Shown here piece after piece: positions 41,771 through 62,639 of a DNA stretch of 64,000 bases; within the stretch, counting starts at the first letter, position 1, and each line of letters opens with the position of its first letter. Origin of the DNA: the human T2T-CHM13v2.0 reference genome, Homo sapiens; assembly GCF_009914755.1 (NCBI RefSeq), contig NC_060947.1. One strand, 5' to 3'. The notes below the pieces were generated by a model that saw only the letters and a list, made by a program, of their open reading frames with translations, ran no database searches and was not told the DNA's origin. A program made the translations under genes and the position numbers.

Positions 41771-41991
41771 ATAAAGGATTTTTTTACATTAACTCTTTTC
41801 TCCACTTCAATGTTAGATACACTGAATGCATTTTTCTAAATGTTTTTTCTCCAGAGATAAAAGCATCTATGTTTGGCTATTTGATATTTAAATACAATAT
41901 TAACTTGGGCAATAACAAAAGTCTAATGAAAATATGGAGAAAAGACTCCTCAATGATTCAGGAGGCAGTGATTATAACTGAACAGTGGTGA

Positions 41992-42210
<219 letters not shown>

Positions 42211-42505
42211 TAATTAGAAAACTATGAAATATTACTTATGTAAATGTCAACCATCTTACTTCTTGAACCCCCTTTCTAAGCAGCAAATACAAATTATAGG
42301 CTTAATTTTTCAGTGCATTATTTATTGTAAGGAAAACATTTTTTCTTATACATAGCAATTTGCTCTCATTTTATGGAAAACAACTAAGAATGTGGAACTC
42401 CCCTATTTACTGTTTCTTGGAAATTTTCAAACACCAAAGCTCAAGTTTAGCCTCACTAGTCCAAAGGTTTTCAGGGCAAAGTTTGATTTGGGATGCCCTT
42501 CAAAG

Positions 42506-42685
42506 TCATATCTGTCCATTTCTCTTTTGTGCACATACCCCCAAGCAAGCACAAATGCCTGTAATGCTGAGAACCACACCCAACATGACAGCAATTGCAT
42601 TTCTGGCTTCTACTGCTTCAACAACAGGCAGCAACAAAAGCAGTAAAATGAGGACTAAGAGCCATTGTGTTGAAACAGAAGTCAT
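42506..42685 (-). CDS. Intact 59-aa SMIM30-like small membrane protein ORF within the retrocopy (expression unknown)
   Basis: MTSVSTQWLLVLILLLLLLPVVEAVEARNAIAVMLGVVLSITGICACLGVCAQKRNGQI*. Same length as SMIM30 and about 80% identical to the sequence I recall. Two hydrophobic segments; A at -3 of the ATG. Confidence 0.55.
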   Translation of the reverse strand: MTSVSTQWLLVLILLLLLLPVVEAVEARNAIAVMLGVVLSITGICACLGVCAQKRNGQI

Positions 42686-42921
42686 GATGGTGGAATTTTG
42701 ATGGCTGAATCTTGATGGCTGAAGTTTCCAAAGAAATAGTATATATATAATTCTACCTGACTGGAAATGTTCCCTTCCTGGAGCTCTGGATGCTGAGGCT
42801 AAGGGGTTCCACATGACACTGCCTTCCAGGAAGCAGCCATTACAGGAATCTCATTCCTTCTTCAAAGGAGTTATCCATTTGAAAATTTCTGATTTCTTTG
42901 GGGCATTGTCTCCATGAATGC

Positions 42922-42976
42922 TCTCTTTTTCCTTTCTTTCCTTTCTTTTCTTTCTTTTCCTTCTTTTCTTTTATTT

Positions 42977-43025
<49 letters not shown>

Positions 43026-43035
43026 TCTCTTTCTT
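42922..43035. repeat. (TTTC)n low-complexity tract
   Basis: Direct reading. Confidence 0.95.
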
Positions 43036-43882
43036 AAAAGGAGATCTAGTGTACAGCTTGGTAACTATAGTTCATAATACTGCATTGTACACTTGAAATT
43101 TGCTGAGAGTAGATATTAAATATTCTCACCACACACACAAAAAAAAGGCAACTCAGACAATTGGACCTCAGAGTAATCTAACAGTTGCTAAGGGAAGTTG
43201 TACTCTAGAGAAGTATTCCAGCTCATAAAGGAAAAGTAAAATGACACAATTAGAATACTATTATTTTACAAACACTGATGAAATAAAGAATCCAGGCAAT
43301 GATCACTGATGGCTGCTAATATCGCAAAAAACAAAACAACTAACATACAAGACCCCTGATGGACATACACCACACCACCTGTGAAATACTTCTGCCAAAA
43401 AATCTGGTAAGAGCCTTTAGAATCTTAATTACTAATTTGTAGGAAATACAGAGAACACAGAAAAAATAAACATGTTAAGGAACAGGGGCACAAACAGCAA
43501 AATTCAAAATGCAGGAAGCTACCTGACTTCTTTAACAAATACATTGCAAGGAAAAAAAGGAAGAAACCTAGGATTAAAGTAGACATAAGAGACACCTTAA
43601 TCAATCACAGTATATAGGCCTTGACAAATCAATTGTATAAGATTTTATGAGACAATCAGTGAAATTTGAACAATGTGTGTTTGATGATTACTAATAAAAT
43701 TCTGTTATAATGACATGTGAGAAAAAAATGGTAACTATGTGAGGTGATGGATATGATAATCAACTTGATCGTAGTAATCATTTCACAGTGTATATATATA
43801 TATCAAAACATCACATTGTACACTATTAAATACATACAATTTTAATTTGTCAATTATACCTCAACGAAGCTTGAGGGGAAAA
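43036..43882 (+). mobile_element. L1MA9/L1MB-like 3'UTR split by a ~570-bp insert (43154-43721)
   Basis: gaaatttgctgagagtagat...tctcaccacacac, then resumes ggtaactatgtgaggtgatgg...tcaattatacctcaac. Confidence 0.7.
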
Positions 43883-45199
43883 GAAAGTAGTAGGAGGTCT
43901 TCTTACAGCAAAAGGAAAATAGTGAGCTTCTCAAGTGTTTATCAGCCACAGAGATGTCTGATATTGCTGTAGGTCAGCAGTGCCAAGGAATACAGTTAAA
44001 TGACTTAGAAATAAAACTACTAGAGATAAATGAAAAATCACCCAGAATTAAGAATATGACTAAGGTTTGGAAAGTAGAGCATTTTTCTCCCAGGGAAAAA
44101 AATCTGCGAAGTCTTTCTGGTTAATAAATGTAACCCTAAAGCCTTTTGAGTTGAACTTATTTGTGTTAATATGCAATTCTTCTTTGTAGAATACAAATTT
44201 GTTACAATGAAATTTCTGTATACCTTTTCTGAAAAGCCAAGTTCAGCATAATATATGTCCTAATCATTAGATAGGACTTTAAGAGCTAAACACAATTTAA
44301 ATTCCACCAGAACAATGGAGGCCACTAACAAGTTGTCTAGATTGTGAGGGAAATTTCTCTATCAACAATCTCTTCTCATCTACTCAGCCCTGCCTTCTGC
44401 CAGGAGCAGACATAGGAGCTCAGTACTGCAAGACTTACGAAAGAGGAGGAGAAGGAGGAAAAAATGGTATTTTATTAAACAAACAAACAAAAAAACTCTT
44501 AAATATATTATTTCCAAACCTTGCATTCGGATTTCAAAAATCTGAAATTTTGTATTTTATAAAGGTCTAAGAGAATTTGTCATTTAATACATTGAGGCAA
44601 ATACGTTGACAATCCACAGTAAAGCGAGCTGAAGGAATTTTAATTTCATTCATAATTACAGCAGCTTTCTCTTAACCTGTGGTATCTCTAAGGGAACACG
44701 ATCAAAAGAGTGTGGCAGAAAGCAAGGAGAGCAGCAGCTATTTATGAACTTTTCTTAGCAAAAGAAAAGGCAGGAGGGTGATAAAAACTCAGAAAGGTCC
44801 TGCACTGAGATGTTAACAAAAATCAAGGGAAATAAATGAGCTTTTTAAACAATACCCACTACCACTCTTTACGTTTAGTATTGCTCTAGGCTTCAATTTC
44901 AAAAAAATTCGAATATACTACAGCATTTTTATATATTATCATTTGTGAAAAATGAGGTTTTTACTTTTAGACTGAATGGGTACTTCCAAATTATATATAA
45001 CCTCTAGTCTAAGATATTCACTGTTCTCAAAAGAGTTAAGCCTGTAGAATGTGTACTCATTTTCCATGACCTCCTTCTGGTATAAAATTTACAGAAAACG
45101 GTGCTTAATTAGCAGCTATTCATCTCTGCTTGCATCACCAACTGCTGCCAACAGTTTTTTTAACATGTGGATATAAAGCATGAAGAAATTATTCCAAAG

Positions 45200-45325
45200 G
45201 GTCAGGCGCAGTGGCTCACACCTGTAATTCCAGCAGTTTGGGAAGCTGACGTGGGAGGATAACTTTAGGCCAGAGTTTGAGACCACCGTGGTTTATATAG
45301 CGAGGCTCCGCCTCTACAAAAAAAC
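45200..45325 (+). mobile_element. Alu monomer (FLAM-like)
   Basis: Left arm only; TSD ttattccaaag/ttgttccaaag. Confidence 0.8.
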
Positions 45326-46731
45326 AATGTTTTTTTTTTTTAATTGTTCCAAAGATTTAAAGATGTAGATGTTTGTTTTTATGACATTTTATTTGGGAAC
45401 TTAGTAAGTAATCCATGCTTGATCCGACTGTGATACATTTTAGAATAAACTAGTGGAATGGCCACAAGAGAGTCCATCTCTAATAAATAGCAAACATCAC
45501 GTAGAGATAGTAGCAGCAGTTTCCGTTTGTTAAGCAGTTTCTGTTTTCCAGGCATGTTACTGAATACTCTATAATACATGCATTATCATATGTAAACCCC
45601 ACAACAATTCTAAATAAAGTATCACAATATTTAACAATTTAACACTAAGGTCTTAGATGACAACAAATTCTGACAGTCAGTCTACTGTTAGAAAAACTAT
45701 TCACTGTGCTACAATTCCTACAGTTAATAATACTGATAATTATTTTTGCCTCTTTTTAGACATTAAAATATGATAATTCCTTTTAAAACATTTGTGAATA
45801 TTTCACCAGGTTATTTTTATATTCCCAAAAGATGTGCAAGAAAAAATGAAGCAGAAAGATTAAAATCATATGTAATTACTAGGGCTAAAATTAAAGTTTT
45901 TCTTCTTTTCTTCAATATTATTCTAGTGATGTGAACACAAAAGACTCATACTGGTGCTATATAAATTTGTTATTTATTTAGATTTTTATGAAAATATCAT
46001 TGTGGGTCAGATTATATTCCTACAAATATAGCCGCTAAGATATTCTAGTTTATAATATGGATGTCTCATCAACATATTTTCTTTCCATGAGATTCTTTAG
46101 AAAATGATAACAGATAAGAAGTCAAAAACCAATGGCGTATGTGCAAATAACCTACAAGTCATGCCATGTCAGGCCTCAACCTACTGTTATGACCAGTTCC
46201 TAGAGAACATTTATTTTTATGACTCCTAACTCACCCTCATTCTTGGCATAAACTCCAAGCTCACATCTAGTCTTAAGCTTCCAGAAGCCATCCATGGCAC
46301 CAGCATCCTTTTTTTTTTTTTTTTTTTTTTGGATCTCCCTATTCCTGCCTTCTTGGCATACTGGTCTTTTGATACATTGATGCCATAAACTTTGTGAGTG
46401 TTCTACTCCCAAATACTGTCAAATACTGGAATAGAACTCCAGCCTGTTCTATTAGGAATAGTTCTTTATATAGAGTTTGATCAATCTTTGGGCTTTAAAA
46501 AGTCTCTTATATAAGTCATTTGCATCAACATTTTCCTAGTGATAGATATGTCTGAGTATTATAATCTCAGTGCCCAGATTTGTATTTATTTTGTTAAATG
46601 ACAAACATCATATTCACAAAAGTTAGACTATAGTTAATCATAGGAGTATCCCCAAATAACTAGAACTAATCCTGCACTCAGAAAGGGTAAACATTTAGTG
46701 AATTGATTTGATATATTTTACTCCATGATCC

Positions 46732-47043
<312 letters not shown>

Positions 47044-47490
47044 TAATCTCCTGATATTCAAAGCACTGCACCTTATGTGACATCTCCACAAAAATACATT
47101 TTTCACATATATTCATTTAACTAACAATTATTGAGTATCTACTGTGTGTCAGAATCTGTGCTGGGCCTAGGTTTTCAGTGAAAGAAAGGGTTCTTGCACA
47201 TTTCCTATATTTTTGTATAATTTTCTTGATATTTCCAGATAAAGCACAACACTCCAAATCTTAGTATAGTACTCAGCATACAGCGTTAAATATATACTTA
47301 CTTGACTGATATTAAAATGCCAAAATTCATCTAAGACTAATAATTTTAGCCAATACTACTCCCAATCACACCTCCACCTTATACTCTGGTGTTGCCAGAC
47401 AACAATAAGTATCAAAGCAACAACAACAAAATTTTCTATACTCTTGATAGAGATATAAAGGAGGAATGAAGAGAGAGGAGTAAGCTCTTA

Positions 47491-47862
<372 letters not shown>

Positions 47863-48039
47863 CTATGAACTGACAATGTGTAAGAATAATAAACAATACA
47901 TGTTAAAAGAGTAAATAAATATAGCATGTTGGCTTCTGAAGTCAGAGAAGGTTTAAACTGCCAAAGTACTCTACAGTAAATATTAACTGACATCTATGAT
48001 AATATTCCCGAGTTTACATTCAGTTTTTTGTTTATGTTA

Positions 48040-48147
<108 letters not shown>

Positions 48148-48169
48148 TTAGATTCATGATTTCCTTAAA

Positions 48170-48280
48170 TCCCAACACACTTTGGGAGGCCGAGGTGGCA
48201 GTGAGCCATGACGGTGCCACATCACTCCAGCCTAGGAGACAGAGCAAAACTCCGTCTCAAAAAACAAACAAACAAAAACA
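48170..48280 (+). mobile_element. Internally deleted Alu remnant ~45 bp upstream of the TEX11 acceptor
   Basis: tttgggaggccgaggt|ggcagtgagcc...ctccgtctcaaaa, with left and right arms fused. Confidence 0.8.
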
Positions 48281-49156
48281 TACTTAATGTGTCCTATACA
48301 TCAAAATAAGCTTCCTTATCAAAACTTCTCAATTTGTATAAAGAAGAACTGCAAAACATTCAGGTTGGAGAATTAGTTATGTATGAAAAAGTATTACAAT
48401 AAATTACTAATAGAAGTTAAAAGATGCTTTGTAACAGGAAATGAGAAACCCAATCATTGCCCAGCCAAAGGGCAGGCTAAAACCCTGCTTTTGGTTGCCA
48501 GATCCAGTTAAAGGCACTAGAGCAGGGAGTATATTCAAAGACAAAAAATCACTATTGACGAGGAGTGAGGTTGGGAAATGAATGATTTTTTTTTTCAAAA
48601 TTGAGACAATTCTAAAAATTCTGAAGTTCTAAAATGTGTCCAAAGCACTATCTAGTCAAAAGACGTATTTAGAAATAGTTTCATGGACACTCTTTAGCAT
48701 CAACAATCATTTTCTTTACATAAATTAGCATTGAGATGAAAGTAGGAACAAGTATATGAATGTTGCCTTAGGAATCAGCATCTCAGTCCCTGCATTAATG
48801 CCATGTTTTACATAATTTTCATCTCTCAAAATACTGGGAAATGGCATAGGAGAAATTTTGATGCTAATAATTTATCCAAATATCCCCTCAGCATTTATAG
48901 AAACCACCTATCTAGAGAATTTGATTATACCCATATAAAAAGTCTTTTATAAGTTTTACCCGAGTAAGACTACAGAAGCAGATCCTCAACTAAGAATCCA
49001 AGATCTGAAGCAAGTTATTCATAAGTAATGTATAAAGACCTGTCTTGCTTCAAAAAAGTTTCCCTTTGAATTACAGTACATTCACATAGCAGAAGTTCAA
49101 TATGCATGTCTGAGCACATTAGACCTACTATATATTTGAATCTAAAATAAAGAATA

Positions 49157-49441
49157 GGCCAGGCACGGTGGCTCACACCTGTAATCCGAGCGCTTTGAGA
49201 GACCAAGACAGGTGGATCACTTGAGGCCAGGAGTTCAAGATCAGCCTGGCCAACATGGCGAAACCCCGTCTCCACTAAAAATACAAAAATTAGCCAGGCG
49301 TGGTGGCAGGTGCCTGTAATCCGGGCTACTCAGGAGGCTGAGGCAGGACAATCTCTTGAACCCAGGAGGCGGAGGTTGCAGTAAGCCGAGATCGTGCCAC
49401 TGCACTCACTCCAGCCTGGATGACAGAGTGAGACTCTGTCT

Positions 49442-49481
<40 letters not shown>
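49157..49481 (+). mobile_element. AluS-like with ~39-nt A tail
   Basis: Full dimer. Confidence 0.92.
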
Positions 49482-50075
<594 letters not shown>

Positions 50076-50089
50076 AAGAAAATAAAATT

Positions 50090-51290
<1,201 letters not shown>

Positions 51291-51322
51291 ATTACATGCA
51301 ACAAGTAGGCATTAAAAAGTAA

Positions 51323-52140
51323 TATGAACAGACACTTCTCAAAAGAAGACATTTATGCGACCAACAAACACATGAAAAAATGCTCATCATCACTGGCCAT
51401 CAGAGAAATGCAAATCAAAACCACAATGAGATACCATCTCACGACAGTTAAAATGGTGATCATTAAAAAGTCAGGAAACAACAGATGCTGGAGAGGATGT
51501 GGAGAAATAGGAACGCTTTTCCACTGTTGGTGGGGGTGTAAATTAGTTCAACCATTGTGGAAGACAGTGTGGTGATTCCTCAAAGATCTAGAACCAGAAA
51601 TACTATTTGACCCAGCAATCCCATTACTGGGTATATAGCCAAAAGATTATAAATCATTCTATCATAAAGACACATACACACGTATGTTTATTTCAACACT
51701 GTTCACAATAGCAAAGACTTGGAACCAACCCAAATGCCCATCAATGATAGACTGGATAAAGAAAATGTGGCACATATACACCATGGAATACTATGCAGCC
51801 ATAAAAAAGAATGAGTTCATGTTCTTTGCAGGGACATGGATGAAGCTGAAAACCATCATTCTCAGCAACCTGACACAGGAACAGAAAACCAAACACCGCA
51901 TGTTCTCACTCATAAGTGGGAGCTGAACAATGAGAACACATGGACACAGGGAGGGGAACATCATACACTGGGGCCTGTTGAGGGGTGAGGAGGTATGGGA
52001 GGGATAGCATTAGGAGAAATACCTAATGTAGATGACGGGTTAATGGATGCAGCAAACCACCATGGCACGTGTACATCTATGTAACAAACCTGCACATTCT
52101 GCACATTTATCCCAGAACTTAAAGTATTAAAAAAAAAAAG
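51323..52140 (+). mobile_element. 5'-truncated L1PA7/8-like
   Basis: ORFs 51324-51575 and 51684-51926; 3'UTR and A tail; TSD aaaaagtaa. Confidence 0.93.
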
Positions 52141-52364
52141 TAAACCCCATACTTTAAAAAATAACAGTGACAACCTGAGCTAAAAATCAACATTGGTATT
52201 TGTTAGAATGAATAATAAATGTTCTAATGGCTACATAAAGAGCCTCAAAACATGGACAAATCTAACCAAGCTTTCCATATACCGTAGATATTTAGTTTAA
52301 AAGTATATGACTCACTTAAAATTTACAGAACATGTCGTTACAAATATTCCAATGAGTCATTTTT

Positions 52365-55681
<3,317 letters not shown>

Positions 55682-56744
55682 TGAGTCATTTTTAAGGCTC
55701 AAATGATTTTGAGTTTGGAATGAAACTAGATAACCTTAAGTGATTAGGCTCTCCCAGATACGTAAAGCAGTGGGCAGAAAGGTCTACAGAAAGCAAATAT
55801 ATGCCTACTAGCCCATAATAGGCAGAAAACTGAGTTTTACATCAAAAGGAGTAATTCATTTATGTGCCAAGAGATTCAATGTTACTACAGAGAGAAATGT
55901 ACAGAATATTTACACGTTATCTTTCAAATATTTGGCTACAAAATGGTAAATTTAGGCAAAAGAGAATAAAAGAATTGTAATAGAGTAAGCAACCTAGACC
56001 TCATTTAGAAGCTTTGTGTCCCACAGAGCAGCAATGAAATCTAGCTGAATCTTGAACGAATTACTTCAAAGAGTTTCAGACATCAATTGGCCATTTCCTT
56101 TGCCTAAATAAAAGCTTCACAATGAAGTAAAACTCTATACATAAGATAACTTCTAGAAGAAACTAAAGATAGAAATAAAAGATAACAAAGCAAGCCAAAG
56201 CATACAAACTACTCAAAATAAAATTCTGATTAACAGGAGAAAGAGGTAAAGAATTAAGTAAACAAGCTGCTCCCAGAGAATTTTATTATAAAAAATACAT
56301 ACATAGGAACACATACCCTCTGCACTATGGCTCAGGGCTTCCCTAAATTGAGGACTAGGAATTTTTACACTGAAGTGATCTTTGAGACCATGTTGTCATA
56401 CACTCTCACTTTACAGATGAGAATACTGATTTTCAAAGCAGTGAAATGTCTCACAACTAGCGATACTAATGAGTAGCTCCTCCTACAAGGCTGTACACAG
56501 ATCATGAGCATTGTCTTGAGTAATTAATTACAAGAGTCTCAAATATCAAAGAAAGAATCCCTATGTTCCACTTATAAAAGTAAGTATATGCAAACATTTT
56601 TTAAAATAAATGTTCAAAATATAAGAATTTTCTAACTCTCACTAAATCAGGAAGTTCCATTAAATAAAACATTACTGTGTCCTAGTTATTCCAGTTAATA
56701 CATTTATTACTATAAACTTATAGAAGCTGGACACTAAACCATTA

Positions 56745-57066
56745 CAGTAGTTCCCCCCATCCATGGTTTTCCCTCCTGCCATGGCTTCGGTTACCCAAGG
56801 AAAGAAGGGTGAGTATAATAAAATAAGGTATTTTAAAAGAGAGAGAGATCACATTCACATAAATTTTATTATAGGATATTGTTATAATTATTCTATTTTA
56901 TTAGTAGTATTCATTTCTTACAGTGTCAATTTATAAATTAAAATTTATCAGAGGTATGTATATATACGAAAAAACATAGTATATATAGGATTTGGTACTA
57001 TCCGCAGTTTCAGGTATCCACTGGACATCTTGGAACATGTCCCCCACGGATAAGGGGGGACTACTG
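56745..57066 (+). mobile_element. MER44 (Tigger7-derived) DNA transposon
   Basis: TIRs cagtagttcccccc / ggggggactactg; TA at the left end. Confidence 0.85.
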
Positions 57067-57239
57067 CATTGCTATCCATTTCATCGCTTGATTTCACGCT
57101 TCTGTCAAACTTCTACAAGTGCTGTGTGGCATATATTTACTTTAAAATAGAAGTTAATTAGATTTGACTTGCTTAAGAGTATGTTTTTTGGTTTTGATTT
57201 TTTAGGACTTCACAAAATCATCTTAAAAGTATTAAGGAC

Positions 57240-57565
57240 ATCTTTTTAAAATTTTATTTAATTTTTTTAACTTTTTATTTCCATAGGTTATTGGAGAACA
57301 GGTGGTGTTTGTTTACATGAGTAAGTTCTTTGGTGGTGATTTGTGAGATTTTGGTGTACCCATCAACCGAGTAGTATAAACTGCACCCAGTTTGTAGTCT
57401 TTTATCCCTCATCCCCTTCCCACCCTTTCCCCCTGAGTCCCCAAAGTCCACTGTGTCATTCTTATGCCTTTGCATCCTCACATCTTAGCTCCCACTTATG
57501 AGTGAGAACATACGATGTTTGGTTTTCCATTCCTGAGTTACTTCGCTTAGAATAATAGTCTCCAA
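57240..57565 (-). mobile_element. L1PB 3' end
   Basis: Reverse complement of the L1PB 3'UTR (same type as 4700-4980). Confidence 0.82.
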
Positions 57566-57787
57566 TAGGATTAGAGGCATACTGATGTCATCACCCATTA
57601 CTCCATGACTGGCATCCATTTTTTATGTACTTTCTCTTCCTATAGCAGTGGCCACTTGAATAACAGGTATTTTTAAAATTTATTTTTATAGTTCTATAAT
57701 TTTCCAGGGGGACAGAGATTCTGAGGACTGAGTGGTCTCCCCGATAAGATTCTATGCAATCAGTCTAGTATAAGAAAGTATTATCTT

Positions 57788-58248
<461 letters not shown>

Positions 58249-58444
58249 TCACAGTGAATAGAGTGGCAGAGAATATGGAAGACTGGTAACATACAGGGGT
58301 ACTGATTAAATACATAAATACATTAAGGATAATTGAAGCCAAGTTTTTTGTTGTTGGAGAAGAGAATTAGAAACATGAAAAGGGAGAAAATTAGGATGAA
58401 TATTTTGTTGTTGGATTGAAACAGACGATATCATGGTTTTCAGT

Positions 58445-58586
58445 ATATTAGAGATGATAGAAGATAGATAGATAATAGATAAATAATATAGATAAATGTA
58501 ATGGAAATGTATGAGTGTATATAATATAGATATATATACATACACACACACATATTTATATACACATACACATACACACACACACA

Positions 58587-58629
<43 letters not shown>

Positions 58630-58630
58630 G
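58445..58630. repeat. TAGA/TA/CA compound microsatellite within an old L1MC-like fragment (~58240-59260)
   Basis: Direct reading; subfamily of the host fragment is tentative. Confidence 0.8.
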
Positions 58631-58784
58631 CTCTTTCCACTGTGAGGGTCTGAGAGAGCAGTGACATCCCAAAAGCAATAAGGATGCGTAATGCCCAGAT
58701 CTTGGCTTCTAAATAAGATTTTCTACTAAAATAAATAAGGTCTCCTGAGATACATAGTTAATTTCATGGCTTGATCAAGAAAGC

Positions 58785-59165
58785 ACACACGTGCCTGTAG
58801 TCCCAGAAGGCTGAGGTGGGAAGATTGCTTGAGCCCGGGAAATCGAGGCTGCAGTGAGCTAAAAATACAAAAATTAGCCGGGCGTGGTGGGACACGCCTG
58901 TAATGGCAGCTACTCAGGAGGCTGAGGCAGGAGAACCCCTTGAACCCAGGTGGCAGTAGTTGCAGTGAGCCAAGATCATGCCGCTGCACTCCAGCCTGGG
59001 TGACTCAGCCTAGGTGACAGAGAGAGTGAGATCACATCACTGCACTCCAGCCTGGGTGACAGAGTGAGACCCTGTCTCAAAAAAGGAAAGAGGAAAAAGG
59101 AAAAGAAAGGAAAGGAAAAGGAAGGAAAGGAATGAAAAAGAAAGGAAAAAAAAGGAAAGGAAAGG
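58785..59165 (+). mobile_element. Mosaic Alu: J-type right arm interrupted by an S-type right arm, (GGAAA)n tail
   Basis: gcagtgag|ctaaaaatacaaaaattagccggg...|gagatcacatcactgcactcc. Confidence 0.75.
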
Positions 59166-59353
59166 AATACAAAATAAGCCTGTAATATTTTATTGTGCCC
59201 GAAAGGAATGACGTGCTCAAAAGTAATGGCAACACGTAAAAAACACATAGAAGTCAAGTAACACCAGCAAGATGGCAGACTAAGAGCTCCCAGCCCTAGT
59301 GTCTCCACAAAAGCAATGATTTAACAACTATATACAGGCAAAAACAGCTCTCA

Positions 59354-59755
<402 letters not shown>

Positions 59756-61768
59756 TCACCCCATGCCCTAGGCCAGGGTAGCTCAATACTTAGAGGTATT
59801 CCTTCAGCTATGAGTTCCAAAGTGAAGGAAAAGGAGAACAGGAAAATTCCAGAAGCCTTCCACTGAGGACTATTTCAGCCTTCAGAGTGGAGGACCCCCA
59901 CAGTCTTTGCCAAAGTGGACCTCAGCTGCTGGAGCCACCCAAAGCCCACAACCAATGCACCTGGAGCCTGTGATACTGCTCCCCCAAGGTGATCTCAAGC
60001 ATCCCCCTTTGAGCTGGTGGCACCACGCACTCCCTAGCCCTAGAACCACCACATATCCCTGGGATTAGCATTCTTGCATGCATCCAGAACCAGCACCACC
60101 ACACACCTCACCAATCTAGCACACCTGCACACACCCACAGGTGAAGGTTTTTCCCTACCAAAACCAGTCCACAATGTCTGCAAGAGGTGATTACTTCTAA
60201 AGTCTTAGAAACATGCAGCCTAACAACACTGAACCAAGAAGAAATAGAAACAATAGACCAATAACAAATAAAGAGATTGAATCAATAATTTTAAAATGCC
60301 CCAGAAAAAAAAATCCCAGTACTAAATGGCTTCTCTGGTGTATTCTACCAAACATTCAAAGAAGAATTAATATCAATCCTTCTCAAACTCTTCCAAAAAA
60401 TAAAAGAAGAGGGAATATTTCCAAATTCATTTTATGAAATCAGCATTACTCTGATACCAAAGCAAGACAAGGACACCAGAAGAAAACTGCAGGCCAATTT
60501 CCCTGATGAACACAGATGCAAAAATCCTCGATAAAATACTAAGAAACTGAATCCAACAAGGATATTAAAAGGATCATACACCACAATCCAGTGAGATTTA
60601 TCCCTGGAATGCAAGCATGGTTCAACACGTGAAAATCAATGTGATATATACTATATTAACAAAATGAAAGATTAAAACCACATGATTATCTCAATAGATG
60701 CAGAAAAAGCATTTGACAAAATTCAACATCCATTAAACTGAACACTCTCAACAAAATAGGTATACGAGGAACATAACTCAATACAAAGGGCCATAAATGA
60801 AAAGCCCACAGCTAACATCATAATTGATGGGAAAAACTGAAAGCTTTTCCTCCACGATCTAGTACAAGGCAAGGAAGCCCATCCCTCAACACTTCTATTC
60901 AACATAGTACTAGAAGTCCCAGCAACAGCAATTAGGAAAGAAAAAGAAAAAAGCACCCAAATGAGAAGGAAGGGTAAAATCATCTGTGCTTGCCAATGAC
61001 ATGATCATATATTTCGAGAATCCTAAAAACTCAACCAAAAAAAAGTTAGAACTAATAAACAAATTAAAGTAACATGATACAAAATCAACATACAAGTATC
61101 AGTGACGTTTCTATACACTAAAAACAAACTATCCAAGAAGAAAATTAAGAAAACAATCCACTTACAATAACAACAAAAAACAAAATACTTAGCAATAAAC
61201 TTAAAGAGGTGAAAGACTTCTACATTGAAAATTGTAAAGCATCAATGAAGGAAATTAAAGAGCACATAGATAAATGGAAATACATCCCACGTTCACAGAT
61301 TGGAATAATTAATATTGTTAAAATGTCCATACTACCTAAAATGATCTACAGATTCAATGTAATACTATCAAAATCTGAATGGCATTCTTTACAGATAGGA
61401 AAAACAATCCTAAAATTCATATAAAATTATAAAAGAATCCAAATAGCCAAAGAAATCTTGCGCAAGAAGTACAAACCCAGGAGCATCATGCTTCCTCATT
61501 TCAAAATTTATTACAAAGCTATAGTAATCAAAACAGTATGGTACTAGAATAAGAACAAACATATACACTAATGGAATAGAATAGAAGAGCCAGAAATAAA
61601 TCCACACATTCACAGGCAACTGATCTTCAACATGAGTGCCAAGAACACACAATGAAGAAAAGACAGTCTCTTCAGTCAGTGTTGATGGATATCAACATGC
61701 AAAATAATGAAATTGGACCCTTATATCACACTGTATACAAAAATCAACTCAGAATAAGTTAAAGACTT

Positions 61769-62215
61769 TGTATTAGGCTGTTCTCGCATTGCTATAAAGA
61801 AATACTTGAGACTAAGTAATTTATAAAGAAAAGAGGTTTATTAATTGGCTCATGGTTCTGCAGGCTGTACAAGAATGGCACCAACAGCTTCTCAGCTTCT
61901 GATGAGGGCCTCAGGAAGCTTATAATCATGGCCAGCTTCTGGTGAGAGCCTCAGGAAGGCAAAGGGGAGTAAACATGTCCCATGGCAAGAACGGGAGCAA
62001 GACAGTGAGGAGGGAGGTGCCACACACTTTTCTAAACAACAAGATCTCGTGTGAACTCTGAGTGAGAACTCACTTACTATTGTGAGGAATAGCACCAAGC
62101 TATTCATAAGGGATCCTCCCCCATGATCCAATCACCTCCCACCAGGCCCCACCTCCAACATTGGAGATTACGCTTCAACATGAGATTCTGAGGGACAAAT
62201 ATCCAAGCCATATCA
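61769..62215 (-). mobile_element. MSTA/MSTB-like solo LTR
   Basis: tgtattagg...ccatatca; perfect TSD gactt. Confidence 0.9.
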
Positions 62216-62639
62216 GACTTAATACCTGAAACCGTAAAACTTTTAGAAGAAAACAAGGGAAAAGCTTCTTGACATTCATCCTGGCAATGAGTTTTTGTAT
62301 ATGACTCTAATAGCACAGGCACCAAAAACAAAAATAGACAAGTGGGATTGCATCAAACTAAAATGCTTCTGCACAGCAAAGAAACCCCATCAACAGAGTG
62401 AAAAAGCATCCTACAAAATGAGACAAAATATTTGCAAACCATATATCTGATGAGGAATTAATGTGCAAGATATGTAAGGAACTCATACAACTCAATAGCA
62501 AAACAAAAAACAAAACAAAACAAAACAAAAACCAGATAGCTCAATTTAAAAATGGGCAAATGATCTGAATAGACCATTTCTTCAAAGAAAATATACAAAT
62601 GGCCAACAGGTGTATGAAAAAGTGTTGAACATTACTAAT

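Noticed and set aside
44600-45180. Unique sequence with TCF/HOX-like words as a possible enhancer
   Set aside because: Short motifs are expected by chance in AT-rich DNA; unsupported without conservation data.
46308-46330. Isolated T23 run as a poly(A)-only retroinsertion
   Set aside because: No recognisable TSD; treated as a simple homopolymer.
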